From the NCBI GenBank assembly GCA_964588985.1, contig CAZPQW010000010.1:52745-116744 (forward strand): a DNA stretch of 64,000 bases. Direction: 5' to 3'. The position numbers and the translations under genes are program-made. The notes beneath the pieces are model-generated. The model was not told the DNA's origin, ran no database searches, and saw nothing but the letters and a program-made list of their open reading frames with translations. Shown piece by piece: positions 28,361-38,071 of the stretch. Every line of letters begins with the position of its first letter. The stretch's first letter is position 1. The DNA is from an uncultured Solirubrobacteraceae bacterium. GTDB lineage: Bacteria; Actinomycetota; Thermoleophilia; Solirubrobacterales; Solirubrobacteraceae.

Positions 28361-29344
28361 ATGGCTTTTATATACAAGACACGTACGGTGACTCCACGCT
28401 TGCGTCCCGGTCCCAACGGATTGCCGCGTGGTCAAGTGACGGAGATTCAGCGCAGCCGAATGTTGTCCGCTGCGGTCGAGGCGGTGGACGAGGTCGGGTA
28501 CTCGCGTATGACGGTCGCGCAGGTGATCAGCCGGGCGAGGGTTTCGCGAAAGACGTTTTACGACGTGTTCGCCGACCGCGAGGACTGCTTCCTGGCGGCG
28601 TTCGAACAGGCCCTCACGCAGGCGGAGAACCTCGCGAGGGAGGCCTACGAGCGCGAGACCGGCTGGCGCGACGGCGTTCGCTCGGCGCTGGCGAGGCTGC
28701 TGATGTTCATGGACGCCGAGCCGGGTCTCGCGAAGCTCTGCGTGGTCGAGGCGCTTGCCGCGGGCGACCGCGTGCTCGAGCGGCGCGCGCAGGCGCTCGA
28801 CGAGCTGGCGGCGGTGATCGACCAGGGCCGCTTCCTCACGAACGCCACCCGCGAACCGCCGGAGGTCACGGCCGAAGGCATCGTGGGCGGCGTCTTCGCG
28901 GTGATCCACACGCGTCTGCTCGAGGGCGGCAAGGAGCCGCTGACGGATCTGCTCGGCTCGCTGATGAGCATGATCGTGCTTCCGTACCTCGGGGCTCGGG
29001 CGGCGAGCCGTGAGCTGGCCAGGCCGGCGCTCGAGGTCCCGCGCGACAAACGTCCGCGTGGTCTCACACGGACCAAAGACCCGCTCGAAGGCCTCAACAT
29101 GCGCCTCACCTACAGGACGGTGCGCGTGCTGATGGTGATCGCGGAGCACCCGGGGGCGAGCAACCGCGAGATCGCCGAAGGCTCGGGCATCGTCGATCAG
29201 GGCCAGATCTCAAAGCTCCTGAACCGCCTCGCGCGCCTGAACCTGGTCGAGAACCTCGGCGAGGGCCAGGAGAAGGGCGCGGCGAACGCGTGGCACCTGA
29301 CGGCGCGTGGCGCTCAGGTGGAGCGGGCGACTCGTCCGCGCTGA
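28361..29344 (+). CDS. TetR/AcrR regulator with an extra C-terminal winged HTH
   Basis: MTVAQVISRARVSRKTFYDVF; C-terminal HPGASNREIAEGSG..QGQISKLLNRL..WHLTARG. Confidence 0.9.
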   Translation: MAFIYKTRTVTPRLRPGPNGLPRGQVTEIQRSRMLSAAVEAVDEVGYSRMTVAQVISRARVSRKTFYDVFADREDCFLAAFEQALTQAENLAREAYERETGWRDGVRSALARLLMFMDAEPGLAKLCVVEALAAGDRVLERRAQALDELAAVIDQGRFLTNATREPPEVTAEGIVGGVFAVIHTRLLEGGKEPLTDLLGSLMSMIVLPYLGARAASRELARPALEVPRDKRPRGLTRTKDPLEGLNMRLTYRTVRVLMVIAEHPGASNREIAEGSGIVDQGQISKLLNRLARLNLVENLGEGQEKGAANAWHLTARGAQVERATRPR

Positions 29345-29357
29345 GCGCTTGACGGAC

Positions 29358-29399
29358 TAGACACCACGCCCGCGGCTGGGGTCGCGGGCGTGGTGTCTA
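29358..29399. repeat. Perfect 17-bp inverted repeat (hairpin)
   Basis: tagacaccacgcccgcg-N8-cgcgggcgtggtgtcta. Confidence 0.85.
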
Positions 29400-29456
29400 C
29401 GTCTGCTTGGAGCGAGCACGTCCCGGCCGGCCCCTCCGGTCGGAGAGGAGCGCAAG

Positions 29457-32123
29457 TTGCTGCGCTTCCTTCTGTGGCGGATGCTGGGCCTGCTGTCCGT
29501 CCTCCTCGGCCTCTCGTTGATCGCATGGCTCCTCGGCGGCGGACCGGGGAGGGCGCTGCGCGGGGACACGGCCGGCAGCCCCATCCATCTGAGCATCGGC
29601 GCGCTCGCCCGAGCCATCGCGCGTGTCCTGTCTTCGAGCCTGCGGTGGGCGCCGATTGGTGACGTGTGGCTGCACGGAGCGCTGCCGGTGCTCGTCGGAG
29701 CTGCTTGTGCCGTTATCGCCGGGGCGCGGTGGATGGCACGGCACAGGCGTCGCTACGTGCGTGTGCGAATCGAGGTCTATCGAACCGACCATGCAGAGCC
29801 AGACGCGGTGGCGCGAGTGTTCGAGGCGTTGCACAAGCGATTGCTGCGGCGCTGGTGGCGGCGGCTACTGCAGGGCCAGCCGTCGGTCGCACTCGAGATC
29901 CATCACGACCAAGCCTCAACCGAGCACGCCGCATCCGAGACGCCGTACCGCGCCTGGCTCGCGGTCAGCTGCCCGCAGGGCCTGGAGCGGATGGTGCATG
30001 CCGCATTGCAGGGCGCATATCCAAACTGCCGTCTGAGCACGGCACAGCAGCAGGTCGGCAACCCGCCAGCGGTTCTTCGCCTCAAGAAGCACGCGGAATT
30101 CACCAAGCGGGTCAAGGGGCTCAATCTCTTCGAGCGAGAAGGCCCATCGTCGACCGACCGGCTGCTGACCGTCATGGGCGCATGCGGCGAGCCGGCATTC
30201 GTGCAGTTCGCGCTCACGCCCACCCCGGCCTTCTTCGAGGCGATCGCCAAGCGCCTTTACAAGCATCACGAGGCGAATCTCTCGCGCGAGCGTAGAGAGC
30301 ACCTGATCGTGCGCGACCGCTCAATGGTCGAGGACGCCGAGCTGCGTGGAGGCCTCGACGTCCAGCACAAGCCCCTGTTCTTCCTCGACCTGCGCGTGGT
30401 GGGTCCCAATCGCACGGTCTGCGAGCGGATCGCGTCCGAGCTGCGGGTTCAGGGCGCCGAGAACCGCCTCGTCGAGCGTGGCACGTCGCTCCGTCACGGT
30501 GTGCTCGGCCTCTACGGCCGGCGCATACGGCGCGGCGAGGGCAATCCGATCCCCTCCTTCAACAAGGGCGTCTTCGCCACGTCGGAGCTGGCCGCCATGT
30601 GGCAGCTTCCATCGAGCGACTTCATGACTGTGCCGGTTGCACGGTCAGGGGTACCGCTCGCGCCTGCGCCTCCAGGGATATTGCGCCCGGGGGAGGGCCG
30701 AGGGACTCTGCGCGACGCCATCGGTCCCGTCTCGATCCACCCGGAGATGCGCAAGCAGAACGTGGCCGTCCCAGGCACTGTCGAGCAGGGTAAGTCCAGC
30801 TTCCTCGTTGCAACCGTCGCCGAGGATCTGCTGCGCGAGCGCTGCGCTGTGATCGTGCTCGACCCCAAGGGCGACGCGGCCGAGGCGACGGTCAGCCTCG
30901 TGCCCGAGGGGAGGACCTGCACTCTGCTGGACTTTGCGCACCCGACCTGCGGCTTCAACCCGCTTGCGGTCGATGCTCCCGCAGACGTGATCGCGGATTA
31001 CGTCGTCGCCGCGCTCAAGAACCTCTTCACCAATGCGGATATGAGGGCCTCGTCTGATCGGCATTTGCGTAACGCGATAATTGCGGTTCTCGCCTACGAC
31101 CGATGCTCCAGTCTGTGGGACGCGGCGCGTCTGCTCTCGGTCGGCGAGGAGGGGTATGCGTATCGAAGACGCGTGGGAGCGCGGGTGCGCATGCTTCCGG
31201 CGTTCAAGGAGATCTCCGAGTTCTTTACAGCGGAGCTCACCACACAGCTGGCCGACTCGCGCAGCACCACCACCGCGAAGCTCGACGCGCCGGTCAACAA
31301 GCTGGCGCGGTTGCTCAGCTCGCCATCGATCAAGCGGGTTCTCCTGAACGACTCGCTACGGGTCGATTTCGACCGGGTGATCGCCGAGCAAGAGGTGCTC
31401 GTCGTCAAGGGTGCGATGGGCGCGATGGGCGCCGGAAACACGTCGGTGCTGATGCAACTGCTGGTCGGAATGCTCGACGCTGCGCTCGCCCGTCAGCAGG
31501 ACCTCCTACCGGAGCACGAGCGTGTGGCGGTGGCCCTGAAGATCGACGAGGCGCCCTTGGTGATCAACCGGGGATTCGCTGAAACGATGGCGTTGAAGCG
31601 CTCCGCGGGCTTGGAGACGGTCGCCTGCTGGCAGACGGACGCCCAGTGGGTCGAACGCGAGGTGCGCGACCAGCTGGACGCGCTGTTCGCGCACCGCGTG
31701 TATTTCGCCACGGCGTCCGTTCGTGACGCTCGCTCGGCCGCTGATCTGCACATGACCGAGTACTCCGACATGGTGCGGCCGGGTATCGCACGCCTGTCGA
31801 GCCTCGGACACCCCGATGTCCGTCTTCATCTCCCCAAGCACCACGCGATCGTCAGCTGGAGCACCGCACAGGGTCGGCAGCCGTCGTTCGTCGCGCAGAC
31901 CATTCCCCTGCGGAGCGACCGCGAGCGGCTGGCCTGGCACGCGTCCCGTCAGCACGAACGCGGAGCACGTCATCTCGTCGACTTGCGCCAGCCGCATTGG
32001 GATCGCACGCCCGACGTAGCGCCGCCACCCGTGGCCCGTCCCGAGCCACGTGGGCTCCTCGCGCCGAACGCACGCGAGGCCTTCCGTGCGAGCGAGTCCG
32101 ATTTGGCGCGCGAGCGCTCATGA
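29457..32123 (+). CDS. VirD4/TraD-like type IV coupling ATPase (FtsK-HerA superfamily)
   Basis: N-terminal TMs, Walker A GTVEQGKS, VLDPKGD, GFNPL, Walker B LKIDEA, ACWQ; GAGGAG RBS with TTG start. Confidence 0.8.
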   Translation: MLRFLLWRMLGLLSVLLGLSLIAWLLGGGPGRALRGDTAGSPIHLSIGALARAIARVLSSSLRWAPIGDVWLHGALPVLVGAACAVIAGARWMARHRRRYVRVRIEVYRTDHAEPDAVARVFEALHKRLLRRWWRRLLQGQPSVALEIHHDQASTEHAASETPYRAWLAVSCPQGLERMVHAALQGAYPNCRLSTAQQQVGNPPAVLRLKKHAEFTKRVKGLNLFEREGPSSTDRLLTVMGACGEPAFVQFALTPTPAFFEAIAKRLYKHHEANLSRERREHLIVRDRSMVEDAELRGGLDVQHKPLFFLDLRVVGPNRTVCERIASELRVQGAENRLVERGTSLRHGVLGLYGRRIRRGEGNPIPSFNKGVFATSELAAMWQLPSSDFMTVPVARSGVPLAPAPPGILRPGEGRGTLRDAIGPVSIHPEMRKQNVAVPGTVEQGKSSFLVATVAEDLLRERCAVIVLDPKGDAAEATVSLVPEGRTCTLLDFAHPTCGFNPLAVDAPADVIADYVVAALKNLFTNADMRASSDRHLRNAIIAVLAYDRCSSLWDAARLLSVGEEGYAYRRRVGARVRMLPAFKEISEFFTAELTTQLADSRSTTTAKLDAPVNKLARLLSSPSIKRVLLNDSLRVDFDRVIAEQEVLVVKGAMGAMGAGNTSVLMQLLVGMLDAALARQQDLLPEHERVAVALKIDEAPLVINRGFAETMALKRSAGLETVACWQTDAQWVEREVRDQLDALFAHRVYFATASVRDARSAADLHMTEYSDMVRPGIARLSSLGHPDVRLHLPKHHAIVSWSTAQGRQPSFVAQTIPLRSDRERLAWHASRQHERGARHLVDLRQPHWDRTPDVAPPPVARPEPRGLLAPNAREAFRASESDLARERS

Positions 32124-32558
32124 AGCTTCGCTCCCGTCTACGCCGTCGCGCCGCTTGCGAATGCGGCCGCCCTGCCCGCACTTGCCCACAGGCTGCAGTT
32201 ACCCGTGCCTGAAGCGCGCAGGCAGCTGCATGAGGTGACCCTGCGTTCGCGCATTGCGGAGCCAAAAGACGAGATGGCACAGGAGCCACCGATACGTGCT
32301 CGGGCCGCGACTCGCAGAGCACACGGTCCTCACCCCGCTCTCCGTGAGCGTTTTCGCGCCAGGTTTTTCGCCGCCCAACGCCTCCGAGTGACGTTCCCGA
32401 GACCCCCTTAAGGGGTTCTCGGACATCTGCGCAACGCCGATCCGGGCATCCACACCTGCCTTGACGGCGACTCTGCCGAGGCCTAAACACCGCCGCCCCA
32501 CAACTCTCCAACCGCCGCGTCGACGGTGGTAGCGATCTCCCCCCGCAAGGAGCAAACC

Positions 32559-33530
32559 ATGAACCCCGCACTCTCCTCCCCATCCAACGACCTCGTCGCA
32601 CGTCATCCAGCGCTCAGCAGACCTCATCCCTCGCAGCGACCTGGCCGGGCCCTCACACGACGCGAGCGTCCGTCTGTAAGTGCTAGCGCTCAGCTCGCTC
32701 GCTACACCGACCGTCATGGCAACCCACGCGAGGTGATCGTGCGTCAAGCGCTCGCGGGGAGCGTGTTGGTCGTCGACCGCGACGCTGTCAGTCTCAGCGA
32801 TTGCCTGCTCGTGGCGCACCTCTCCGCTGATGAGCCTGCCGAGAACGCCGAGCTGGTGTGCCGCAGCTATCTCGAGGATGTGCGTGCGAGGAGCTGTCGC
32901 TGCCGCGGTCTGACCGAGCAGGACGCGCTCGTCTCGCCACTCGCCGAGGAAAGCGAGGCCGATGTGACTGTCGAGTCCGTCATCGGCCAGATCGGGCCGG
33001 TCGACTCGCTCGGCTGCTCCTACAGCCTCGAGCTCATGCCGGCGAGCATGGCGATACCCGCACTGCGCTGGTGCCGACGAGGGCCGCGGCAAAGCTCCGA
33101 CGAACGACGACCGGTGAGCCTGCGTGAGACGATCGCTCGCATGCAGGACTACGAGCCGATGTGCACGCTCACTCGAAACGCGCTCCTTCTCTGCAGCGAC
33201 GACATGGAGGTATCCACGAGCGTGCTGGCCGCGGAGCTGACACGGGTGAGGGAGAGCCCGATCGTGCTCAACCGACGGCTACGCGAGGTCGTGCTCGCGG
33301 CACTCACGAGGGAAGCGGTGAGCATGAGCGAGCTGGCAATTCGCTGCGGTAGGACCAAATACGGCTGCAAGGGCACAGAGAGCGGCGATACGAGCTGGCT
33401 GGCACGCCGCCTCGGGATCATGCCGGAGAGCGGCCAGAGCGAGCCGACCCCCTGGATTCACAGCGATGTGCTTGCGCTGATCGCGCGACGCGGCTTGGGG
33501 ATCAGCCCACGCGAGGTGGAGATCCAATGA
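32559..33530 (+). CDS. Hypothetical protein with a possible C-terminal HTH
   Basis: AAGGAG RBS; SMSELAIRCG..DTSWLARRLG segment; ATGA overlap with the next gene. Confidence 0.75.
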   Translation: MNPALSSPSNDLVARHPALSRPHPSQRPGRALTRRERPSVSASAQLARYTDRHGNPREVIVRQALAGSVLVVDRDAVSLSDCLLVAHLSADEPAENAELVCRSYLEDVRARSCRCRGLTEQDALVSPLAEESEADVTVESVIGQIGPVDSLGCSYSLELMPASMAIPALRWCRRGPRQSSDERRPVSLRETIARMQDYEPMCTLTRNALLLCSDDMEVSTSVLAAELTRVRESPIVLNRRLREVVLAALTREAVSMSELAIRCGRTKYGCKGTESGDTSWLARRLGIMPESGQSEPTPWIHSDVLALIARRGLGISPREVEIQ

Positions 33531-34237
33531 GTGGGCGGCCAGAGGGCACGATCCTGCTCGTCGAGTCCGATCCGCAATTGGGGCAGGGCATCGCCGAGCA
33601 ACTTCTCGCCGACGGCTATCGCGTGGCGTTGGCACGCAGCGCGGCGCACGCGCGTGCTCTTGCCACCCAGGCCTCCCCGACCCTCGCCGTGCTCGGATTG
33701 CTGGACTCGCCACGCGGGGCGCTGGGACTGCTCGAGGAGATCCGTCGTGCTGAGTCCGAGGAGACGCCTTGGGACCGCGAGTTGCCCGCGATCGTCATAG
33801 GGACGCATGCCCGAGAGCTGGACATGCTCAGAGCGTTCGAGGCGGGAGCCGACGACTTCCTCCCCAGATCCGCCCGCTATCTCGAGCTCCGGGCACGCTT
33901 GCGCGCGATCCTCCGCCGTGCGGGCGAGGAGCCTCTGTCCGACACCCTGATGGTGGTGAACGCTCTGGTGCTCGACGTTCGCACGCGGACCGTTTGCATA
34001 CAGGGTCGCGCCGTGGCTCTACGTCCGCTCGAGTTCGAGTTGCTGACGCATCTGGCGCGAGATCCAGAGCGCGTGTTCTCCAAGGACGAGCTTCTGCGCT
34101 CGATCTGGGGCTACCGCTCGGACGGATCGACGCGCACCGTCGACACGCACGCGAGCCGCTTGCGGCGCAAGCTCGACCTCGACGGAGCCAAACGCTGGGT
34201 GATCAACGTCTGGGGCGTGGGATACCGCTTGATCTGA
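33527..34237 (+). CDS. Orphan OmpR-family response regulator with a degenerate receiver
   Basis: AGADDFL, EFELL, TRTVDTHASRLRRKL, VWGVGYR; phospho-Asp position reads LAVLG. Confidence 0.88.
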   Translation: MSGRPEGTILLVESDPQLGQGIAEQLLADGYRVALARSAAHARALATQASPTLAVLGLLDSPRGALGLLEEIRRAESEETPWDRELPAIVIGTHARELDMLRAFEAGADDFLPRSARYLELRARLRAILRRAGEEPLSDTLMVVNALVLDVRTRTVCIQGRAVALRPLEFELLTHLARDPERVFSKDELLRSIWGYRSDGSTRTVDTHASRLRRKLDLDGAKRWVINVWGVGYRLI

Positions 34238-34394
34238 GTTCCGCGCGGCTCAGAAGCACACGCGAGCGGACCCAATCTTGACGGGCTGCTCTGTACAGGC
34301 GTAGAACCGCGAGCGTGCGGTGCGCTCGCGCGTACCGTCTCAAGCGACGCGTAGTTTCGTTACGGGGGGTCAACCATCGAACCATGGAGACCAC

Positions 34395-34814
34395 ATGTCC
34401 CATTTCACAATCAATCGGGTAGTGCTGATCGGACGACTGACTCGTGACCCGGAGCTGCGCGCACTGCCCTCCGGGACGAGCGTGTGCAGTCTGCGGATCG
34501 CGTGCAACTCGTCACACAAGGATGCAGATGGCGAGTACACCGACCGCCCCAACTATTTCGATGTCTCGATCTACGGGGCGTCGGCGGACAGCGTCAGTCG
34601 ATACACCCGCAAGGGCAGCCGCGTGGGCGTCGACGGTCGGCTGGAGTGGCGCGAGTGGGAAACCGATCAGCAGAAGCGCCAGGCCGTGGACATCGTCGCC
34701 GACACGGTGCAGTTCCTCGATCCCCCCGGGGATCGTCCCGACCTCGACGCGTCGGAGGATCGCGAGCCGGTCGGAGTGGGAGTCGGGCTCGACGAGGGTG
34801 ACATCGGCTTCTAG
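34395..34814 (+). CDS. ssb: Single-stranded DNA-binding protein
   Basis: INRVVLIGRLTRDPELR, KGSRVGVDGRL, acidic tail EGDIGF; GGAG RBS. Confidence 0.93.
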   Translation: MSHFTINRVVLIGRLTRDPELRALPSGTSVCSLRIACNSSHKDADGEYTDRPNYFDVSIYGASADSVSRYTRKGSRVGVDGRLEWREWETDQQKRQAVDIVADTVQFLDPPGDRPDLDASEDREPVGVGVGLDEGDIGF

Positions 34815-34867
34815 CCGAGCCGGCCGGCGATACTCGCCAGTCCACCGGCTTTGAGTTCTGCGAGCAA

Positions 34868-34895
34868 GCGGGGGCGCTCTTTGGAGCGTCCCCGC
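34868..34895 (+). terminator. Hairpin terminator after ssb
   Basis: gcgggggcgctc-tttg-gagcgtccccgc. Confidence 0.55.
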
Positions 34896-35042
34896 CGCTG
34901 GCCTCCATGGGGCCTCTTTGTATTTAAGGACCATCCGTCGTTCGGATCAAGGGGCCTGGACGCATTTCCCGCCGCGCTGCGCGTAAACTGGCGCGCCGCG
35001 TAGCAGCCCGAGAATCAGACCGCCCTGCAAGGAGCCCGTTCG

Positions 35043-35483
35043 ATGCCCGTGAATCCCAAAGCAATCGGCAAGACGTACGACCCGGTGGTGTACGCGGTCG
35101 GCCGGGAGAAGATCAAGGAGTACGCCCGTGCGGTCGGCGAGACCAACCAGGTCCACCTCGACGTCGACGCCGCCCGCGCGGCCGGCTTCGAGGATGTCGT
35201 CGCGCCGCCGATGTTCGCGGTCGTCTACAGCGCGCCCTCCGTGGGGCCTCCGATCTTCGACCCCGAGATCGAGCTCAACTTCGCGATGATGGTCCACGGT
35301 GGCCAGGAGTTCGTGTGGGGCCCGCCGGTCGTGGCTGGCGACGAGATCACGACCACCGCGAGCGTGAAGGACATCTCCGAAGCGGACGGTCGCGGCTACT
35401 ACGTGTTCGAATCGATCTCCACCAACCAGCGCGGCGAGCAGGTGTGCCGCGGAACGTGGACGAACATCGTCCGAGGAGTGTGA
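35043..35483 (+). CDS. MaoC-family dehydratase N-type subunit (HadA-like)
   Basis: VGREKIKEYARAVGE, VAPPMF, VHGGQEF. Confidence 0.88.
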   Translation: MPVNPKAIGKTYDPVVYAVGREKIKEYARAVGETNQVHLDVDAARAAGFEDVVAPPMFAVVYSAPSVGPPIFDPEIELNFAMMVHGGQEFVWGPPVVAGDEITTTASVKDISEADGRGYYVFESISTNQRGEQVCRGTWTNIVRGV

Positions 35484-35489
35484 TCTGAG

Positions 35490-35879
35490 ATGGCAGAGCT
35501 TCAGACCGGAGAGCAGATCCCTGAGGTGCGGATCACGCCCGACAGGTTCCTCACCGTTCGCTACGCGGGCGCCTCTGGCGACTTCAACCCGATCCACATC
35601 GACGAGGAGTTCGCCAAATCGGTGGGCCTGCCGGGGCGAATCCTGCACGGCCTGTGGACGATGGCGCAGGTCGCGCGCGCGCAGACGGAGGCGGCTGGAG
35701 GGCCGACGCACCTCAAGCGCCTGGCGGTCCAGTTCCGCGGCATGGGCGTGCCCGAGCAGGAGGTCGTAGTGACGGGCACGGTGCGCGAGATGGCCGATGG
35801 GCGCGCGATCGTCGACACGGTCGCCGAGCAGGGCGGCAAGCAGATCATTCGCAACGCCGAGGCCGAGCTCGAGCTCTAG
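35490..35879 (+). CDS. MaoC-family (R)-hydratase (HadB-like)
   Basis: YAGASGDFNPIHID..ILHG hydratase motif. Confidence 0.9.
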   Translation: MAELQTGEQIPEVRITPDRFLTVRYAGASGDFNPIHIDEEFAKSVGLPGRILHGLWTMAQVARAQTEAAGGPTHLKRLAVQFRGMGVPEQEVVVTGTVREMADGRAIVDTVAEQGGKQIIRNAEAELEL

Positions 35880-35925
35880 TCCACGGGTCGCGGTGGGCGT
35901 CAGCCCGACGCCTACAATCAACGCC

Positions 35926-36954
35926 ATGCTCACCTCTCGCCAGGAGCGGATTCTGTGCAAGGTCGTCGACGACTACCTGCGTACGGGCCAGCCCGTCGCG
36001 TCGCGCACGATCGCGTCGGACCCTGAGTTTGAGTGCGGGCCCTCGACCGTGAGAAACGAACTCGCGCTGCTCGAGGAGCACGGCCTGCTCGCGCACCCTC
36101 ACGTCTCCGCGGGACGGGTGCCGACGGACGCCGGCCAGCGCTACCTGGTCGACCGCATGCTGCGCTCGGAGCAGTCGCTGCCAGCTCCCCACGGACGGCT
36201 GGAGCTGTCGCTGATCCGCCGCGAGATCGACGAGGCGATGCGCACCACAACCGAGACGCTGTCGCAGATGACGAACCTGCTCGCGGTCGTCTCCGCGCCG
36301 TCGCTGAACACCGCGACCATTCGCCACATCGAGGTGCTCGCCCTGCAGCCGCAGCTTGTGCTCGTCGTCGTCATCACCTCCACGGGCGCGGTCTCGAAGA
36401 TGCTCGCGACGTTCGATCGCGCAGTCGACCCGGGGCTCGTGTCGTGGGCCGGCGAGTACCTCAACGAGCGGTTGATCGGCCTCGGGCTCGGCGCGCGCAT
36501 GCTCCACCAGCGCCTAATCGACCCGACCCTCTCCGCGCGCGAGCTCGACTTCCTCGCGCGCTTCGCGCCCGCGTTCGGCGAGCTGGCCTCGGAGGACGGC
36601 GACACGCTTTACGTGGAGGGCGCCGCAAAGCTCCTCGAGGCGGGCCAGATCGACGACACCGGCCAGGTCAACGAGCTGATCGGGTTGCTCGAGCGGCGCG
36701 TGGCGCTCCTGCAGGTGCTGCGCACCGCGCTCGGCGAGTCCGGCGTGTATGTGCGGATCGGACGCGAGAACGAGCTGCCCGCCCTGCACTCGCTCGCGGT
36801 CGTCGCCACCGGCTATGGGATGGCCCAGCGCAAGCTCGGCACCGTGTCGGTGATCGGGCCCGTGAGGATGGATTACGCCGGCGCGATCGCCACCGTGCGT
36901 GAGGCCGCGTTCGAGCTTTCGCGCTTCGTCGAGAACACCTACGCCGAGAACTAG
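35926..36954 (+). CDS. hrcA: Heat-inducible transcription repressor HrcA
   Basis: [32 protein letters not shown]; upstream of dnaJ. Confidence 0.95.
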   Translation: MLTSRQERILCKVVDDYLRTGQPVASRTIASDPEFECGPSTVRNELALLEEHGLLAHPHVSAGRVPTDAGQRYLVDRMLRSEQSLPAPHGRLELSLIRREIDEAMRTTTETLSQMTNLLAVVSAPSLNTATIRHIEVLALQPQLVLVVVITSTGAVSKMLATFDRAVDPGLVSWAGEYLNERLIGLGLGARMLHQRLIDPTLSARELDFLARFAPAFGELASEDGDTLYVEGAAKLLEAGQIDDTGQVNELIGLLERRVALLQVLRTALGESGVYVRIGRENELPALHSLAVVATGYGMAQRKLGTVSVIGPVRMDYAGAIATVREAAFELSRFVENTYAEN

Positions 36955-36961
36955 TCGAGCG

Positions 36962-38071
36962 ATGCCCCGCGACCCCTACGAGGTGCTCGGCGTCGAGCGC
37001 GACGCCTCCGAGCAGCAGGTCAAGAAGGCGTTTCGCGGGCTCGCCCGCGAGCTGCACCCGGACGTCAACGCGCACGATCCGGACGCCGAGGAGAAGTTCA
37101 AGGAGGCCGCGGAGGCCTACGAGATCCTCTCCGACGCCGAGCGCCGCGCCACCTATGACCGCTACGGCCACGACGGGCTGCGCTCCGGCGGCTACGCCCC
37201 CAACTTCGAGGGCTTCGGGTCGATCAACGACCTGTTCAACGCGTTCTTCGGCGGTGGCCAGGCCGCGGGGCCGGCGCAGGGCGGAGACCTCGCGGTTGGG
37301 ATTGAGATCGACCTGATCGAAGCGGCGCACGGCGCGAAGGTGCCCCTCGCCTACGAGGTGGTGGAGCGCTGCGAGCACTGCCACGGCAACGGCGCCGAGC
37401 CGGGCACGCCGATCGAGACGTGCGAGCGCTGCGGCGGTGCGGGCCAGCTGCAGGGCGTCACGCGCACTCCCTTCGGCCAGATGGTGCGGACGATGGTCTG
37501 CGACGTCTGCCACGGCGAGGGTCGCGTGCCCAAGGAGCCCTGCAAGGAGTGCCGTGGCCGTGGGCGCGTGGCGGGCAAGCGCGAGCTCGACGTGGATGTC
37601 CCGGCGGGGATCGCCGACGGGCAGCGCATCCGTCTCAGCGGCCAGGCTCACGCCGGCGAGGCGGGCGCCCAGGCGGGAGACCTGTATGTGATGGTGAGCG
37701 TGAGGGAAGACGAGCGGTTCGTGCGCGAGGGTGACGATCTGATCACCGCGCTCGACGTGGCCGCGCCGCTCGCGGCGCTCGGCAGCACGCTGGAGATCCC
37801 CACACTCGAGGGCACCGGCACGGTCGAGCTGCCCGCCGGCACACAGCCCGGCGAGGTGCTCACGCTGCGCGGTGAGGGGGTGCCGTCGCTGCGGCGCGGC
37901 CGGCATGGGGACCTGCGCGTGGTCGTCAACGTCGTCATCCCCCGGCGGTTGAGCGCCGAGCAGCGCGGACTGCTGGAGCAGCTCAACGACAGCCTCACCG
38001 AGGAGAACCTGCGCTCGCAGGAGTCGATGTTCGCGAAGCTGCGCCGGGCGCTGGGCAGCCAGGCGGCGTGA
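36962..38071 (+). CDS. dnaJ: Chaperone DnaJ
   Basis: HPD motif, four CxxCxGxG repeats. Confidence 0.97.
   Translation: MPRDPYEVLGVERDASEQQVKKAFRGLARELHPDVNAHDPDAEEKFKEAAEAYEILSDAERRATYDRYGHDGLRSGGYAPNFEGFGSINDLFNAFFGGGQAAGPAQGGDLAVGIEIDLIEAAHGAKVPLAYEVVERCEHCHGNGAEPGTPIETCERCGGAGQLQGVTRTPFGQMVRTMVCDVCHGEGRVPKEPCKECRGRGRVAGKRELDVDVPAGIADGQRIRLSGQAHAGEAGAQAGDLYVMVSVREDERFVREGDDLITALDVAAPLAALGSTLEIPTLEGTGTVELPAGTQPGEVLTLRGEGVPSLRRGRHGDLRVVVNVVIPRRLSAEQRGLLEQLNDSLTEENLRSQESMFAKLRRALGSQAA

Noticed and set aside
32120-32212. 30-aa Cys-containing ORF overlapping the T4CP stop
   Set aside because: Too short with no recognisable motif; it cannot be supported as a gene or a relaxase remnant.
32470-32540. 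c-di-GMP-I riboswitch, suggested by ggcctaaac...ggtagcg
   Set aside because: No GGCAAA/GNRA P2 stem and no GACGCAAAGC junction upstream.
35880-35925. CIRCE element upstream of hrcA
   Set aside because: No TTAGCACTC-N9-GAGTGCTAA match; only a TACAAT -10 is present.
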